A stretch of 64,000 nt of DNA from Eledone cirrhosa (GCA_964016885.1 OZ024742.1:37758001-37822000), one strand, 5' to 3'; numbered from the stretch's first letter, positions 1 through 13,122 are shown. Translations and numbers: made by a program. The notes: a model not told the origin generated them from the letters alone.

Positions 1-2169
1 GAAGTGTTGGAAGAGGCAATTAAAAGGGTTAGTGTTAGGAAGGGCATTCGGCCATAAAACAATTAATTGCCTTAAAAAGAGCCTCATGATTAGAAGCCTA
101 TCACGGGGTGGGGGGTGGGGGGCACATAACAGATCACTGATTCAACAGGGGAAATGGCCTTGAACAATTTTATAGTCATAAATCACCTAACTATCTGATG
201 AATGCTTCTGCCACATAACATTATATTCCTTTTACAATTATTTTAGAGTGAAAGGCATTTTTAAATTTGTTGAGATAATTAGTTAATACACTTTATATTT
301 TACCACAAAGTAATATTTGTACATTCATAAAATTATCTGAGTGATTATTACCAAGCCTCAGTGAACACATATGAAGATAATAATATAAAAATAATGGCTA
401 AGCATGGGGTCAGTGTGCAGTTTATGACTCAATAGTTTCTTTTCTTTTGGGGGCTTTGACATTTATAAAGAGGTAGTTTGTCAAATGGATATTAATTTAT
501 TTTAAGGGTGGGGAGTAAGATGAAGAACTCTGTTAAACAGGGAATACATCTTTTTATTTTAAATTTGATTTTGAATGAATCTACTGAAATTCATTCTCTC
601 AGATTTATCAATCTAATAGAAAAGGGCAGTGAAATGGCAGAGTCATAAGTGTTGGATAAAATGTCTCGCAATATTTGTTCCAGTTCTCTGCATTCCAAGT
701 TCAAATTCCACTTAGGTCAACTTTGTCTTTCATTCTTATAAATTGTTAAGTATCAGGTAAGATGGATGACCATATCTGTTTTGGCACTTGGCTGTGTTAG
801 ATCTTCTTGGACAACATCAGTGGTATGGAGACTTGCATGCATGGGCATTTGCTAGTCTCGCATGCACAAACAACTGCTAGTCTTACATAGAAAATGTTAC
901 CCAGTCTACACCTTTGAGAGAGACTTTCCAGATGTAGAGCCATTGTCATACAAAACATATTGAAGGCTCCAGAAAAAAAAAAACGATTGGTAAAAGACTC
1001 TAAATTGCTAGAGGTGAAATCAATTCTAGTATATATGTCCAGTGAGTAAACTGGGAAGACAGATACTGTATAGAAGCCTGTCAGATGGATTAAGTCTGGC
1101 TTTGTCACATAGCGTCACACTAATTTGGCTTTGGATTATGGTAAGGTAGACATATCTATGAAATACTTAACCATTTACACATTAATCCATGAGTTGTATG
1201 TTCAGATGAACAAATAACTAGATCTCACTGTTGAAACTGATGGAGGATCCCTCATTTGACTGGTATTAGTAAAAGAAAATCACCACACTTGGTATTTGAA
1301 ATCAGAAGGTAGAGATGATAAAACTAAATACAGCAAGACATTTAAACAGACACTCTAACATTTCCTCCACTCCAGTGTCTATACTTTGATTTATCTAAAA
1401 CTGGCCATGTTATTTTTTTGTTGTCTTTTTCTCTTTTAATATGTTGATATGTTTAATATGTTTAATATGTTTGCTTTTCAAACACATTCTGGAAAAGAAA
1501 GACCATGGGGAAAGGAACAAGTGAAAACTTCCCCATTCACAGGATCTAAAGAAAATATTTATATATAGTTCTTTAATTTTCCTTTTACTTTATTCTTATT
1601 TCTTTATGTATACATTTATTTCATATAATGTAAGTGTGCGTGGGGGCACACACATACACTTTAAAAAGTTTCCTACCTGAATACACATATAATTTATCTC
1701 TCTCTCTCGTTCACATACACACTTAAAAAACAATCTAATGTATGAGTTTTTTTACCCTGTGTTCTACAGCTATCCCTTGCAGAATACTATTAATTAATCT
1801 CCTTACGCTACTGCATATATTGAAACCATATTAATCAAATTAAATAATTAATGGGGATAATTTATAATTAATCCTGGAAAACAAAACCTATTTGGAATTA
1901 TTGTAAATCATATATTTTTCAGAGAAAAATTTATCACGAGCCAATTGAGTAGTTCTAGGTTTTTGTCTTCTCTGCATACATTTTTCAAATAACCAGCAAT
2001 TTGGTTATCTAAACCCTGTCGGTGCAAGTTCTGAGATTCAAGAGTGCTCACAAGAATCAAGAGAACTTTAAAATCTTAGTTATTTTTCTTGTAATAATTT
2101 CCAACTTTAGTGACTTTAGTGACTTTAGTGATCCATACTTTTTAGGTTTTTTTTACTTCATCACCAAAT

Positions 2170-2335
2170 AATTGTTTCTACTTTTGGCACCAGGCCAGCA
2201 ATTATCCCAGTAAATTAGTGGTACTTTATTTTATCGACCCCGTAAGGATGAAAGGCAAAGTTAACCTCAACGGGATTTGAACTCAGACCGTAAAGGGACG
2301 TAACTATGCTAGAAAGCATGCCAATCCACCGGCCT
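2170..2335 (-). mobile_element. tRNA-derived SINE, Meta-domain-like family S1
   Basis: Reverse complement of the family consensus: GGTGGATTGGC head, B box GAGTTCAAATCC, GCCTTTCATCCTTACGGGGTCGATAAAATAAAGTACC core, GTAGAAACAATTATT tail. Confidence 0.8.
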
Positions 2336-3376
2336 CATCACCAAATAATGTTGCATTTTTTTAAAGTCCTTGAGTTTATGAGTTTATCATTTAATAAATG
2401 AGCATTGACTTTAATTTAAAGTCCCCACTAAGTATTGCCTGCAAATAATAGGGTTCAGTAAACTTTTGATGCTTTCTAACCACAGTTGTAAGATTTTTTA
2501 GTACAATTCCAGACTGGACACTGTGTCCTCGAGGAAGACAATTTATTTCACATTGTTCCAGTTTACTTAGCTGGAAAAATGAGTTGCAATGACACAAATG
2601 CCAAGCTGCATCGGCCTTTGCCTTTCCTTTGGACAACATCAGTGTTATGGAGAACTTGCATTCATAGTCTTCCACAAAATATCTTGGCCAAGCTAACCTA
2701 TAATAATCAAAGAAAGCTCCTCGCTCTTTCTGTTCACTAGGTTCCATTATTTCACTTTCCATCAAAACAGTTTCTGATGTCATACATTTCCAGAAAACAC
2801 CAATTTCAACCATAATAAACAATTTGGAGAAAATCGTCGTGTGTGCTTTTTGTCATGACTCCTACGTGACCATATTAGAGTGTGGGCTGGGTGCTTTTTG
2901 CCGTGTCGCCATCAAAATCATCTACTAACAAACAAGAAACTGAGGTGCAGTATAAAGGCAAATAGATGCTGTTGGCTCAGCAAATCCCTCACAATTATTT
3001 ACATGCCATTTTCAAAATTTTGCATAAAATTAAAGGATGGTTATAATATATTTAATTATAATTATAACTATGTTCATCAAATTATAGTATGCAAGGGATA
3101 GCTGTATGTGTGAGTGTGTATATATATATATATATTGAAAGCACAATTGCTGCAGTTTGGTCATTTAAAAAAATGATTTTTCAAATTTCCTTATTAGATC
3201 TTTATGTTTAGTTTGCAAGTATGAAGAATCGTAAACAAAAACGATCAAAGTGGAGCACAATTGTGTTTCCAATATAACATGTTTAAAAGAATAGCTATTC
3301 CACATATATATATATATATATATATATATGGAATAGCTATTTTTTGTTTAACTCTTAAATATATATATATATATAT

Positions 3377-3590
3377 TCCAGTTTACTCAGCTGTAGAAAA
3401 GAGATGATAGGGACTGGGGTTCATATCATTCCACTGCAAAGTGGTCGTGGAGGTGCCACGGCAAAAAAGCACCCAGCACTCACTGTAAATGAGGTTGGTG
3501 TTAGGAAGGGCATCCAGCTGTAGAAATCAAGCCAGAATCAGCTCCCGTCCCACCCTTGCAAGCAGGGAAAAAGCGGACGTAAAATGAAAA
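3377..3590 (+). mobile_element. 5'-truncated SINE of family S2 (RTE-type 3' tail)
   Basis: Matches the 3' half of the full copy at 49799-50153. Confidence 0.75.
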
Positions 3591-3603
3591 AAAAAAAATG
3601 AAA

Positions 3604-3810
3604 ATGTAGAAGTTATATTTAATTTGTTGGGATACAACAAGCAAATATTTTTATAACTGATATAAAGCACTCTTTAAGGGTATGACAATATTTGTTTATA
3701 AAACTGATCTATATTATATTTTATCTGATGAAAGCGCACCATAATTTGCTTTGGTGTCCTTGAAATATGTATAATGAAATAAATATGGTTTCCATTTGTT
3801 AATATATTGT
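3604..3810 (+). mobile_element. Penelope-like pLTR fragment (family P1) with hammerhead motif
   Basis: Homologous to 40981-41360 and followed by (TA)n. Contains CTGATGA...GAAA. Confidence 0.65.
3709..3788 (+). ncRNA. Minimal type-I hammerhead ribozyme
   Basis: Stem I ctatattatattttat/atgaaataaatatgg; CTGATGA 3725-3731; stem II aagcgcacca/tggtgtcctt; GAAA 3762-3765; near-palindromic stem III; AUA triplet 3771-3773. Confidence 0.7.
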
Positions 3811-4139
3811 ATATATATATATATATGGTGGCTGCCAACTCGTTTTCGAGTACGGCCACTACTTTATATCCATGTAGGAGAACCCCTACCAATGCGCTGA
3901 ACGAGTGTGACTTTTTAGTCCAGCCAGAGACTTGAAAACTCTGGTACAAACACTACACTTGTGACAATTATTGACACATAGTGCTGGGCCCATGGTACCA
4001 TGTGACGACAAGTGCAGAGAGATCTCCAGATATAAAGCAATGCCTGTGCTGTGAAGCTTTTATAGTGAGCAAAGGCACTGCACAAAGCCAGTCCCACTCT
4101 CTTAACCAAGATGATATTTACCAAAAAGAAGAACAATTC

Positions 4140-4357
4140 AACATCATTGGATACCATCAGGATTGCAGGTGTTATATCAGAGTTTTCCTTCTCCTAGAAT
4201 TCTGCCTTGACAAAGGCTAAGGGGTCATCTCTCCCGGTGATTTTGGATGGCTATTGACTCTTAAGAGCCCCTTTGCCTTTTGACAGGTTTTGTTTTTAGT
4301 CCTGCAGGATGTCCAAAGCCACCCTCCTCACCAAGAAACCTTGGTGGGGTTGCCAGT
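4140..4357 (-). mobile_element. Probable RTE-type LINE 5'UTR remnant
   Basis: Minus strand ACTGGCAACCCCACCAAG...GAGGAGGG...TAGGAGAAGGAAAACTCTGA resembles RTE 5' ends (recalled, not searched). Confidence 0.4.
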
Positions 4358-4479
4358 GTGTATATATATATATACACACACACACATATACATACACACA
4401 CATATATATATACACACACATATATACATATATACACACACACACACACACATATATATACACACACATATATACATAT

Positions 4480-4512
<33 letters not shown>

Positions 4513-4560
4513 CATACCCATACATATATACCCCCCCCCCCCCCCCCCCATATATATGTA
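4358..4560. repeat. Compound (TA)n/(CA)n microsatellite with poly-C
   Basis: Seen directly in the sequence. Confidence 0.95.
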
Positions 4561-5154
4561 TGTAACTTCTGTCAATTCAAAATTATACAAAATTACAGAT
4601 AAAAATGTAAATGGATGAAATATATAAAGAATTAAACTTGTAGACAACAGTTTTTTGGGGGAGGATATCTTGCAATTTTGGCTGAACAACGCAAATGAGA
4701 TCTATTTCTTAGCAAATGATAACAACCAAGAAACTTCATATGTTAATTTTATAACCATAAATGTGGTAATATCTACATTATAATTAACAAATATAAAGAA
4801 TTTGTTAATCGTTTTAATTTGATTATATTTTTAGGCTGAAAAAGAGAAATGAAGAAACTTGTTGCTTTCATTTTCTTGGTTTTATTCAACACATATGATG
4901 AGTTTACTATATTTATGAGTCTATATGTATGACTCATTAAAATAAACAGTTCTTTTTATTATCATCTTCTGAAATGCCATCCTGAACTGATTTTAGTGTG
5001 GATATCTGCTAATCAGCCATACTAATTAGCATGGCTGAATCAAGACAATTTCATGCAGAAGATCCACTCTTGAAAGAGCTCCACAAGGAAAGCAACAGCA
5101 ATAGTTAGATTAATACTTTTTATAGCCCAGATACCCAACACACTTTACACTTAC

Positions 5155-5172
5155 CCATGAAATATCTCCATT
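5155..5172 (-). CDS. Candidate 18-nt microexon (phase 0-0), NGDISW
   Basis: Minus strand: ttaac, a long UC-rich tract, then aatgagctgcttg...tttttttccag|AATGGAGATATTTCATGG|gtaagt. It has a perfect donor and is in frame after ...ANEEK. Confidence 0.6.
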
Positions 5173-7440
5173 CTGGAAAAAAAAATCAATTTCAATGACA
5201 AGCAGCTCATTAAAGGAGAAAAAAAAATGAAATGAGAGAGAGAGAGTGAGAGAGTTAAGACTAGAGACAAGACATAATTTGTCGGTCTTATTAGAGTTTG
5301 TGTGAGGGAATTCACTGAAATCATTGCCATGTGCACTGCAGATATCTTCCGTTAAACCTAATAATCTAACCAAATTAGTTGTGTGGTTACATATGTGAAT
5401 GTAAACTCTCTAAGTGACATGTTACTGCTCTTGTCTAAGTCAATCCCATCCAAAGTAGTAGCTACTTCCATTCAAAGTTGAATGGTTAGTGTTACTAAAT
5501 ATTTTTAACTGTAAAACACTGCATGAAAATGTCTGAATTATTGAAATATCTTGGAATAATAGTGATATATGTCCAAGATGGAATGGCAGCAAACTCAAAT
5601 AGTAATTACACTGAACAAAAAGGTATTACATTTAATATAATGAGTTACAAGAACAGAAATATAATTATTAATATTCCTTTATTGTTTTACTTGTTTCAGT
5701 CATTAGACTTTGACAAAGTTGAGGCACCCCTTCAATTTAGTTAACCATAGTGACCCTAGAGCGTACTTTCTCAAGGCTGGTATTGATTTTATTAATCTCT
5801 TCTTTTGTCAAACTTCTAAGTTACATGACACAGACACAAACACAAATACAACAAGCTGCTATGGTTCCCATCTACCAAATTCCACTTACAAGGTATTGGT
5901 CAATCTGAGGCTATAGTAAAAGATACTTCCCTAAGGTGCTGCAAGCAGGACTGAACCCACAACCTAGGTGGTTGCAAAACAAACTCCTTAACCACACAGC
6001 CATGCCATGCATATAAAATAAAGTTTAGTATTTTCTTTATATTCAATTCTTTCATATTCAGATTTTGCATAACAGATTTAGTATAACAGATGAATGCTTT
6101 TAACAAATGAGACAGTGGTAGTTATTTCATATGAATGAGACAGTGGAAAATAGAGTAAATGCTAGTAGACAGCTGAAAATAAGCTCACGGTAGGTGTTTC
6201 CTCATCATAGTCATTTAACATCCATTTTCCCTGCTAGCAAGTTTTGCAAATGTAGTATTACTAAACAAGTTAACCACTAATACGAGATCTGAGACACTTA
6301 TAATGACCAGCTATTATTAGTAATCTAAATGAAGTGAAATAATTACAAGATAGTAAACTGAGTTTTTCTTTATTGCTTGCCATTTTTGTCAAACTAAAAG
6401 CAAGAGTTGGATCACTTAAGTCTACAGTTATCATATTTCTAATGAAAGACACTGCTCACATGTTTCAAATAATTTTGAAAATAAGAATTTGGAGGGATTT
6501 AGTAATATAACTAACTTTCTCATTATTAAGCTTGTGTTTGGAGCATAACTTAAAGGTTCTTACATAAAATTATGATGGAAGGCTTGTTTTAGAAAAAACA
6601 AAAACTTTAAGATAAACAATTTTGTATAATAGAAGTAGGAGCAGTTTCAGGTCGTTTAGTATAAAAAAGTTTAAATTATTGTATATACTTCAATATAAGC
6701 TGACCCCCATCCCACTTCCATTTATAAGCCAAGACAAATAATCAACACATTATGTTCTAAATATCAACTTAATCTTTTCATTGCCATATATTTTTCAGGA
6801 AAGACATTGACTATAATTTTCAAATGGTTTTGAAATAATAAAGAATTTAGAGGAATTTAGTAATATTAACTTTTGCATTATTTAGCTGGTATTTGGGGCA
6901 TGACTTAACAAAGGTTCTTGCATAAAATTATGATGGAAGGTTATGTCATTAACATTAAGAAGGACATTTAGCCATAGATACCATGCCAAAAAGGGAACAT
7001 ATGAGCATGGCACAACTATCTGACCTGTCTAGACGCAGAGCAAGACAACCAATCTAACATATGGAAAATAGATGTTAAATGGTGATGCTAAGCACATTAA
7101 AATAAACAGCTTAGTATCACAGAACCAGGGGCAGTTTCAGGTGGTTTGGTATCAAAAGGGCTAATAATGAGAAAGTTAGTTACTAAATTACTAAATCCCA
7201 CCCCCCTCCAAATTCTTGATTATTTTCAAAATGCTTTGAAAATCATAAGCAATGTCTTTCTTTAGAAATATAAGGAAAAGGTTAATGTCACTGATTTTCT
7301 ATCTGTTGAGTTGTACAATTTTTTGTGAAAGTGCTTTGTGCAGGTCTTTAAAAATATAATTTAAAAAAAATTTTAATTAGTTTGGAAATGAATGGGAAAC
7401 AATCCTATTTGGAAATTACAACAATAATTCAAAACTATAC

Positions 7441-7502
7441 CTTTTCTTCATTGGCTAGCATGAGTGAATCAACAGCTTTTTTCAGCTTTTCTATTTCACT
7501 TT
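7441..7502 (-). CDS. PPFIBP: Coding exon (62 nt, phase 1 to 0): (Q/E)SEIEKLKKAVDSLMLANEEK, liprin-beta N-terminal coiled coil
   Basis: Minus strand ...aatttcttttttgcag|AAAGTG...GAAAAG|gtatag. The peptide matches, from memory, the liprin-beta-1 segment KMKKAVESLMAANEEK(DRKIE). Confidence 0.85.
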
Positions 7503-8139
7503 CTGCAAAAAAGAAATTACAAAATTAAAATTTAATAAATAAATAAAAATGTACTAAGCCAAAGATGATATTTTTGAGAACAAGCATTAATGGCAGTTGC
7601 TTAGATAGACCAAGAACTTATAATTAACGAAGAAGGAATTTTAACTCATGGCAATTCTGTTTCTTAGCAAACATAATTGAAATGATTTGAAAATGGAAAT
7701 TGAAACTGTATCTCCTAACTGTTACTATAATTTTAGGCATGTCACTTGAAAAGGAGAATAGAGATTTCAAAATGAGTTCAAATCAAGTCTAAAGGAGAAT
7801 AAGGATTTCAAAGTGAGCACATTTCACTTAAGCTTACTTAATTTAATTAACCAAGAATAATGCATCTTCACATACAGAAGATGAAGAGAAGACTTTAACA
7901 ATAAAAAAATAATAAAAAAAACTTTTCTTTAATCACAGGAAGTCAAATTTTAATGAAGAGTTACCTACCCTACTTACTTTCTACTGAATTATACATACAT
8001 ATAATCTGACAGTGTGGCACCAATTAATTTAATAGTTGAATTGCTTTTTCTCCAAACAATGTTTTGTTGTTAGTAATGCTTTGACAAGTAGCTTACAATT
8101 ACAAATACTGTATTATTATTATTATATTTATTATTATAA

Positions 8140-8326
8140 TAATTGTTTCTACTTTTGGCACAAGGCCATCAATTATCCCAGTGCATTACTGGTACTTTAT
8201 TTTATCGACCTCGTAAGGATGAAAGGCAAAGTCAACCTCGGCGGGATTTGAACTCAGATCGTAAAGGGGCGTAACTATGCTGGAAAGCATGGTGTCTGAC
8301 CCTCTACCAATACTGCCAATCCACCG
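8140..8326 (-). mobile_element. SINE family S1
   Basis: Full-length reverse-complement copy, head-to-head with the RTE starting at 8327. Confidence 0.85.
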
Positions 8327-10573
8327 ATAATAACAGAAAGAGTTATAGCACAGTTGATTAGGGACCGGGTGAAACTAGATGAGATGCAATTTGGGTTTGT
8401 ACCAGGAAGAGGCACCACTGATGCCCTCTTCCTTGTGAGGCAGTTACAGGAAAAGTACCTAGCTAAAAGTAAGCCACTCTACCTGGCATTCGTTGATCTT
8501 GAGAAAGCCTTTGACAGAGTTCCACGTGCTGTAATCTGGTGGGCTCTTAGAAAACTAGGAGTAGATGAATGGCTTGTGAAAGCGGTACAAGCCATGTATA
8601 GGGGAGCAGTCAGCAAAGTTAGGATTAGCAATGAGTATAGCGAGGAATTTAGCGTACAGGTTGGGGTCCACCAAGGCTCTGTTCTTAGCCCCCTCCTGTT
8701 CATCATAGTCCTGCAGGCAATAACGGAGGAGTTTAAGACCGGATGCCCATGGGAACTCCTGTATGCTGATGACCTCGCACTTATAGCTGAATCTATGGTA
8801 GAACTAGAGAAGAAATTCCAAACTTGGAAGCAGGGACTAGAAAGAAAGGGTCTCAAAGTCAACATGACAAAGACTAAGGTCCTTGTAAGTAGACGAGAAG
8901 ACAGAACCCAGATCCCCTCAGGGAAATAGCCTTGCTCAGTATGTAGGAAAGGTGTAGGTAGGAACTCCATTCTCTGCCCCAAATGCAAACAATGGGTACA
9001 CAAGAGATGTAGCGAGATCTCAGGGAGCTTAATTATGAATGTAGGCTTCACATGCAGCAGCTGTGCTGGGACAGCAAGCAGCAAACAGCCACAGGAAACA
9101 AGTACCACCAATCTCTGGGAGGGCTCTGTAGAAACAGTAGACAGCTTCTGCTACCTAGGTGACCGAATTAGCAGCGGAGGTGGGTGTTCAGAAAGTACAA
9201 TAACTAGGGTAAGAACGGGATGGAAGAAGTTTAAGGAACTACTACCACTGCTAGCTGCAAAAGGCTTCTCCCTCAAAATGAAAGGCAGACTGTATGATGC
9301 GTGTATCCAAACAGCGATGTTGCATGGTAGTGAGACCTGGGCGCTGAAGGTGGAAGACTTACGTAGATTAGAGAGAAATGAAGCCTGCATGCTCCGATGG
9401 ATGTGTAATAGTAATATACGCGAACGACAAAGCATAAATGAATTGAGAGAGAGACTGAGCATAAGAGGAATCAAATGCTGTGTGCAGGAGAGGCGGTTGC
9501 GTTGGTTTGGACATGTGATGCGTATGAAGGATGACAGCTGCATAAAAAGGTGCGGAGCACTAGAAGTCGATGGAAACCGCGGAGTGGGCAGACCCAAGAA
9601 GACCTGGGATGAGGTGATAAAAGCCGATCTTACCCAATTACACCTCTCAAAGGCGATGACACACGACCGTATCCACTGGCGTCATGCAGTAATACAGAGT
9701 ACCTGACCTCCCATGGGTACAAGTTGAAGCATATAGACAATATGCCCCCACACCCCCACTGCAAGGTGGTCGTGGAGGTGCCACGGCAAAAAAGCACCCA
9801 GCCAACACTGTAAAGTGTACGTGTAGGCGCCACGAAAAAGCAACCACAAACAAGAAACTGAGGTGCAGTATAAAGGCAAATAGATGCTGTTGGCTCAGCA
9901 AATCCCTCACAATTATTTACATGTCATTTTCAAAATTTTGCATAAAATTAAAGGATGGTTATAATATATTTAATTATAATTATAACTATGTTCATCAAAT
10001 TATAGTATGCAAGGGATAGCTGTATGTGTGAGTGTGTATATATATATATTGAAAGCACAATTGCTGCAGTTTGGTCATTTAAAAAAATGATTTTTCAAAT
10101 TTCCTTATTAGATCTTTATGTTTAGTTTGCAAGTATGAAGAATCGTAAACAAAAACGATCAAAGTGGAGCACAATTGTGTTTCCAATATAACATGTTTAA
10201 AAGAATAGCTATTCCACATATATATATATATATATATATATGGAATAGCTATTTTTTGTTTAACTCTTAAATATATATATATATATATATTCCAGTTTAC
10301 TCAGCTGTAGAAATGAGATGATAAGGACTGGGGTCCCTATCATTCCACTGCAAAGTGGTCGTGGAGGTGCCACGGCAAAAAAGCACCCAGCACTCACTGT
10401 AAATGAGGTTGGTGTTAGGAAGGGCATCCAGCTGTAGAAATCAAGCCAAATCAGTTCCTGTATGAGCAAGGCATGGTCAGCCGACCAGACACTGCCCACA
10501 ACAGGAGAACCCGTCTAACCCATGCTAGCATGGAAGAACGGACGTAAAACGGTGATGATGATGATGATGATGA
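8327..10573 (+). mobile_element. 5'-truncated RTE-clade LINE (family A), RT pseudogene with 3'UTR and (GAT)n tail
   Basis: ORFs 8354-8929 and 9035-9706 are in the same frame, split by TAG in place of the W of GKWPC. RT motifs QFGF, FVDLEKAFDRV, GVHQGSVLSP, YADD and the RTE C-terminal RRLRWFGHV...GRPKKTW are present. The 3'UTR is interrupted at about 9847-10456 by a copied segment. Confidence 0.93.
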
Positions 10574-10575
10574 TA

Positions 10576-10930
10576 ATTCCACCGAGGTTAGCTTTGCCTT
10601 TCATCCTTACGGGGGTCGATAAAATAAAGCACCAGTAACGTACTGGGTCGATTTAATCGACTTCCTCTCCCACCAAATTACTGGCGTTGTGTCTATACTA
10701 GAAATCATTATTATTATTATTATTAGTAGTAGGCGGTGGATTGGCAATATTGGTAGAGTGTCGGATGCCATGCTTTGGCGCATAGAGTTACGGCCCTTGC
10801 CATTCTGAGTTCAAATCCCGCCGAGGTTAACTTTGCCTTTCATCCTTACGGGGTCGATAAAATAAAGTACCAGTAATACACTGAGTAATTGTTGGCCTTG
10901 TGCCTAACGTAGAAACAATTATTATTATTA
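10576..10930 (+). mobile_element. Two adjacent S1 SINEs (partial 10576-10720, full 10731-10930)
   Basis: Family core and (TTA)n tails. Confidence 0.8.
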
Positions 10931-11687
10931 TTAGTAGTAGTAGTAGTAATAGTAGTAAACTATAGAAAGAAATAGAAGGAAAATTTGTACAAATTTATTG
11001 TACAAATATCACCACACACATACACACAAAAGTTTTATTATTTGAGAATTTTACAATTAATTATCAGGCAAAATTAATTTTAAAGAGACTTAATTTTGCA
11101 CGTCTTGAATGCTAATTATTCATTAAGATCTAAATTTTACATGATGGAAAATAAAGAACAAAGGAAAAAATATATATACACACATAATATTTGACAAAAG
11201 AGATGGGAGGAAAACTTAAACTAAACTATGAATTGGGAGAACTTAAACTAAACTATGAATTGCTATAGAAACATTAGAGAAGAAAGGAAGGAGTTAGAAA
11301 GTAGAAATATAGGCTCACTGTTGCAACAGTAACATTATTTAGAAAGAATTGCTTTCTTACATAGAGTAAGACCATTCATTATTGTTAAATGTTTAAGACA
11401 AAAGTTCCTTTGTAACAACTGGAGATTTTTATAAATAGTAAAATAGACTTTTAAAATATATTTTTATGAATAGTACATTAACAATAGACCGATGAAAATA
11501 AAGACTTTTAAAATACAAACATACACACACCAACAAAAGCGTTCCAATGTTTGTTTATTCTGTGCTGGCATGGCTCATCAATTTGATACAGTCTTGAGAA
11601 GCAAATGTTTTTATAAGTGAATGCTCTTTTCTAATATAAATCACTTCTTCACTAAGGAAAACACAAGAACAGAAATGTATTTTGTCT

Positions 11688-11947
11688 TAACTCTTTTGAT
11701 ACCAAACCCCATAAAATTGCACTTGGTTCTATGATACAAAACTGTGTATTCTAAAGTATTTAAATTTATCTCAAAATTCCATCATAATTCTATATAAGAA
11801 CCTTTATTAAGTTATGTTCCAAATCCCAGCTTAATAATGAGAAAGTTAGTTGTATTACTAAATTCCTTCAAATTCTTGATTATTTTCAAAATGATATGAA
11901 AATCATAGACAGTGTTTTTATTAAAAATGTGATAACAAAAGGGTTAA
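11688..11947. mobile_element. Representative copy of an abundant, old TTAA-flanked MITE-like family (core CATAAAATTATGATGGAAGG)
   Basis: Ends TTAACTCTTT...AAAAGGGTTAA. Many degenerate copies occur near 6.4-7.3k, 15.6k, 16.8k, 28.7-29.1k, 32.3k, 46.4-47.5k, 55.5k, 57k, 59.5k and 62.4k. TTAA plus CCCTT ends suggest the piggyBac superfamily. Confidence 0.55.
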
Positions 11948-12019
11948 AGAATTTTAGCTTAACTCTCTTTGAAAACAAAATTCATTTTGTTAACTAAGAC
12001 AGAAGAAAGAATAATGGCT

Positions 12020-12550
12020 TGGGTAATATGTTTTTTTATGTTGTGTTGTATGGACTAGACGACATGATGTACAGCATCATGTCATCCAGGTGGATAGTTT
12101 AGGAGTTTAAAGTTTAGAGATGCTGGGAGAAGTTGGAGCATGGCCTATTATGTAATGGGGTTATAGTCGCTGCAGATAATAATAACTTTATTATATAGAA
12201 ACTGCATAATATGACAGCTGTGGTTTGATAACGTCTGTCTTCCCCTTTTGGTGGCTGGTGCAGTCCTATTTGGTTTGCTGGATTTGAGAAAGTAGGCAGG
12301 CCGCATTCAGTTTGCCAAATTTGAAGGATGCATTATGGGTTGGTTGAGCAGGAGCCATGAGTACATGTTGGCATTCGGTTTAGGGTGTTTACATACTGAT
12401 TGGAACCATAATGGCTTTATTTACATATATAGATATTCTTTCATTGTCACAATTAAATGGCTGAAAACAGTAAAATAATGAAAGAATATCTATATATGTA
12501 AATAAAGCCATTATGGTTCCAATCAGTATGTAAACACCCTAAACCGAATG
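12020..12550 (-). mobile_element. Degenerate Penelope-like 3' fragment with a 74-bp perfect inverted repeat
   Basis: Arms 12372-12445 and 12477-12550. The adjacent minus strand ends ...NFKLLNYPPG*, reminiscent of PLE ORF C-termini. Confidence 0.45.
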
Positions 12551-13122
12551 TACTGTAGCGGGTTTTGAACTCAGAACACATAGACCTGGAACAAACATCC
12601 AACACACTGACGATTCTGCCAAACCAACAGCTTTCTAAATTACAGAGGCAGTAATATAAGGAAGATCTAGAAATGCTTTCACACAAGATATTTCAACATA
12701 TGCATGTAATCTTTCTATAAACATACAAATCGTATTTGTTTGAGATGCATAATTGAACTAAATTGCATTGCACTGGTTGCAGCTGGTGACTTAAATAAAT
12801 TAGCTATGTTAACTATGCTCTCACTATTTTTCTTCACATTGCTCAAATGTTATTACAAATATTTCTTTTTTCGTGTTAAAGAGTTCAAACACTAATAAAA
12901 GAACAAAGGTGATTCATAAAAACTTAGTAAGTATATAGCTTTTATGTTACTTTGAAGTTAATCTTTGAGGTTATACTCCACCCCAACTCTCTCGCTCTCT
13001 CTCTCTTCTTATACAGTGAAATTTTATCAAACACACAAGCACAATGAGTAAATTATTATAGAATTTGACTATTGATCTTAAGGTTATGTAGTGAGACCTA
13101 GCTAGTGGAATTTGTTTAAACA

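Noticed and set aside
4250-4357. HDV-like ribozyme in the RTE-like 5'UTR
   Set aside because: Only a simple hairpin is evident. I could not assemble the nested double pseudoknot by eye.
4261-4689. Overlapping ORFs here and at 25714-26160, 29499-29923 and 48158-48604
   Set aside because: Stop-free dinucleotide microsatellites.
8479-9597. Long antisense ORFs over the RTE copies
   Set aside because: Shadow frames of RT coding sequence with no independent protein features.
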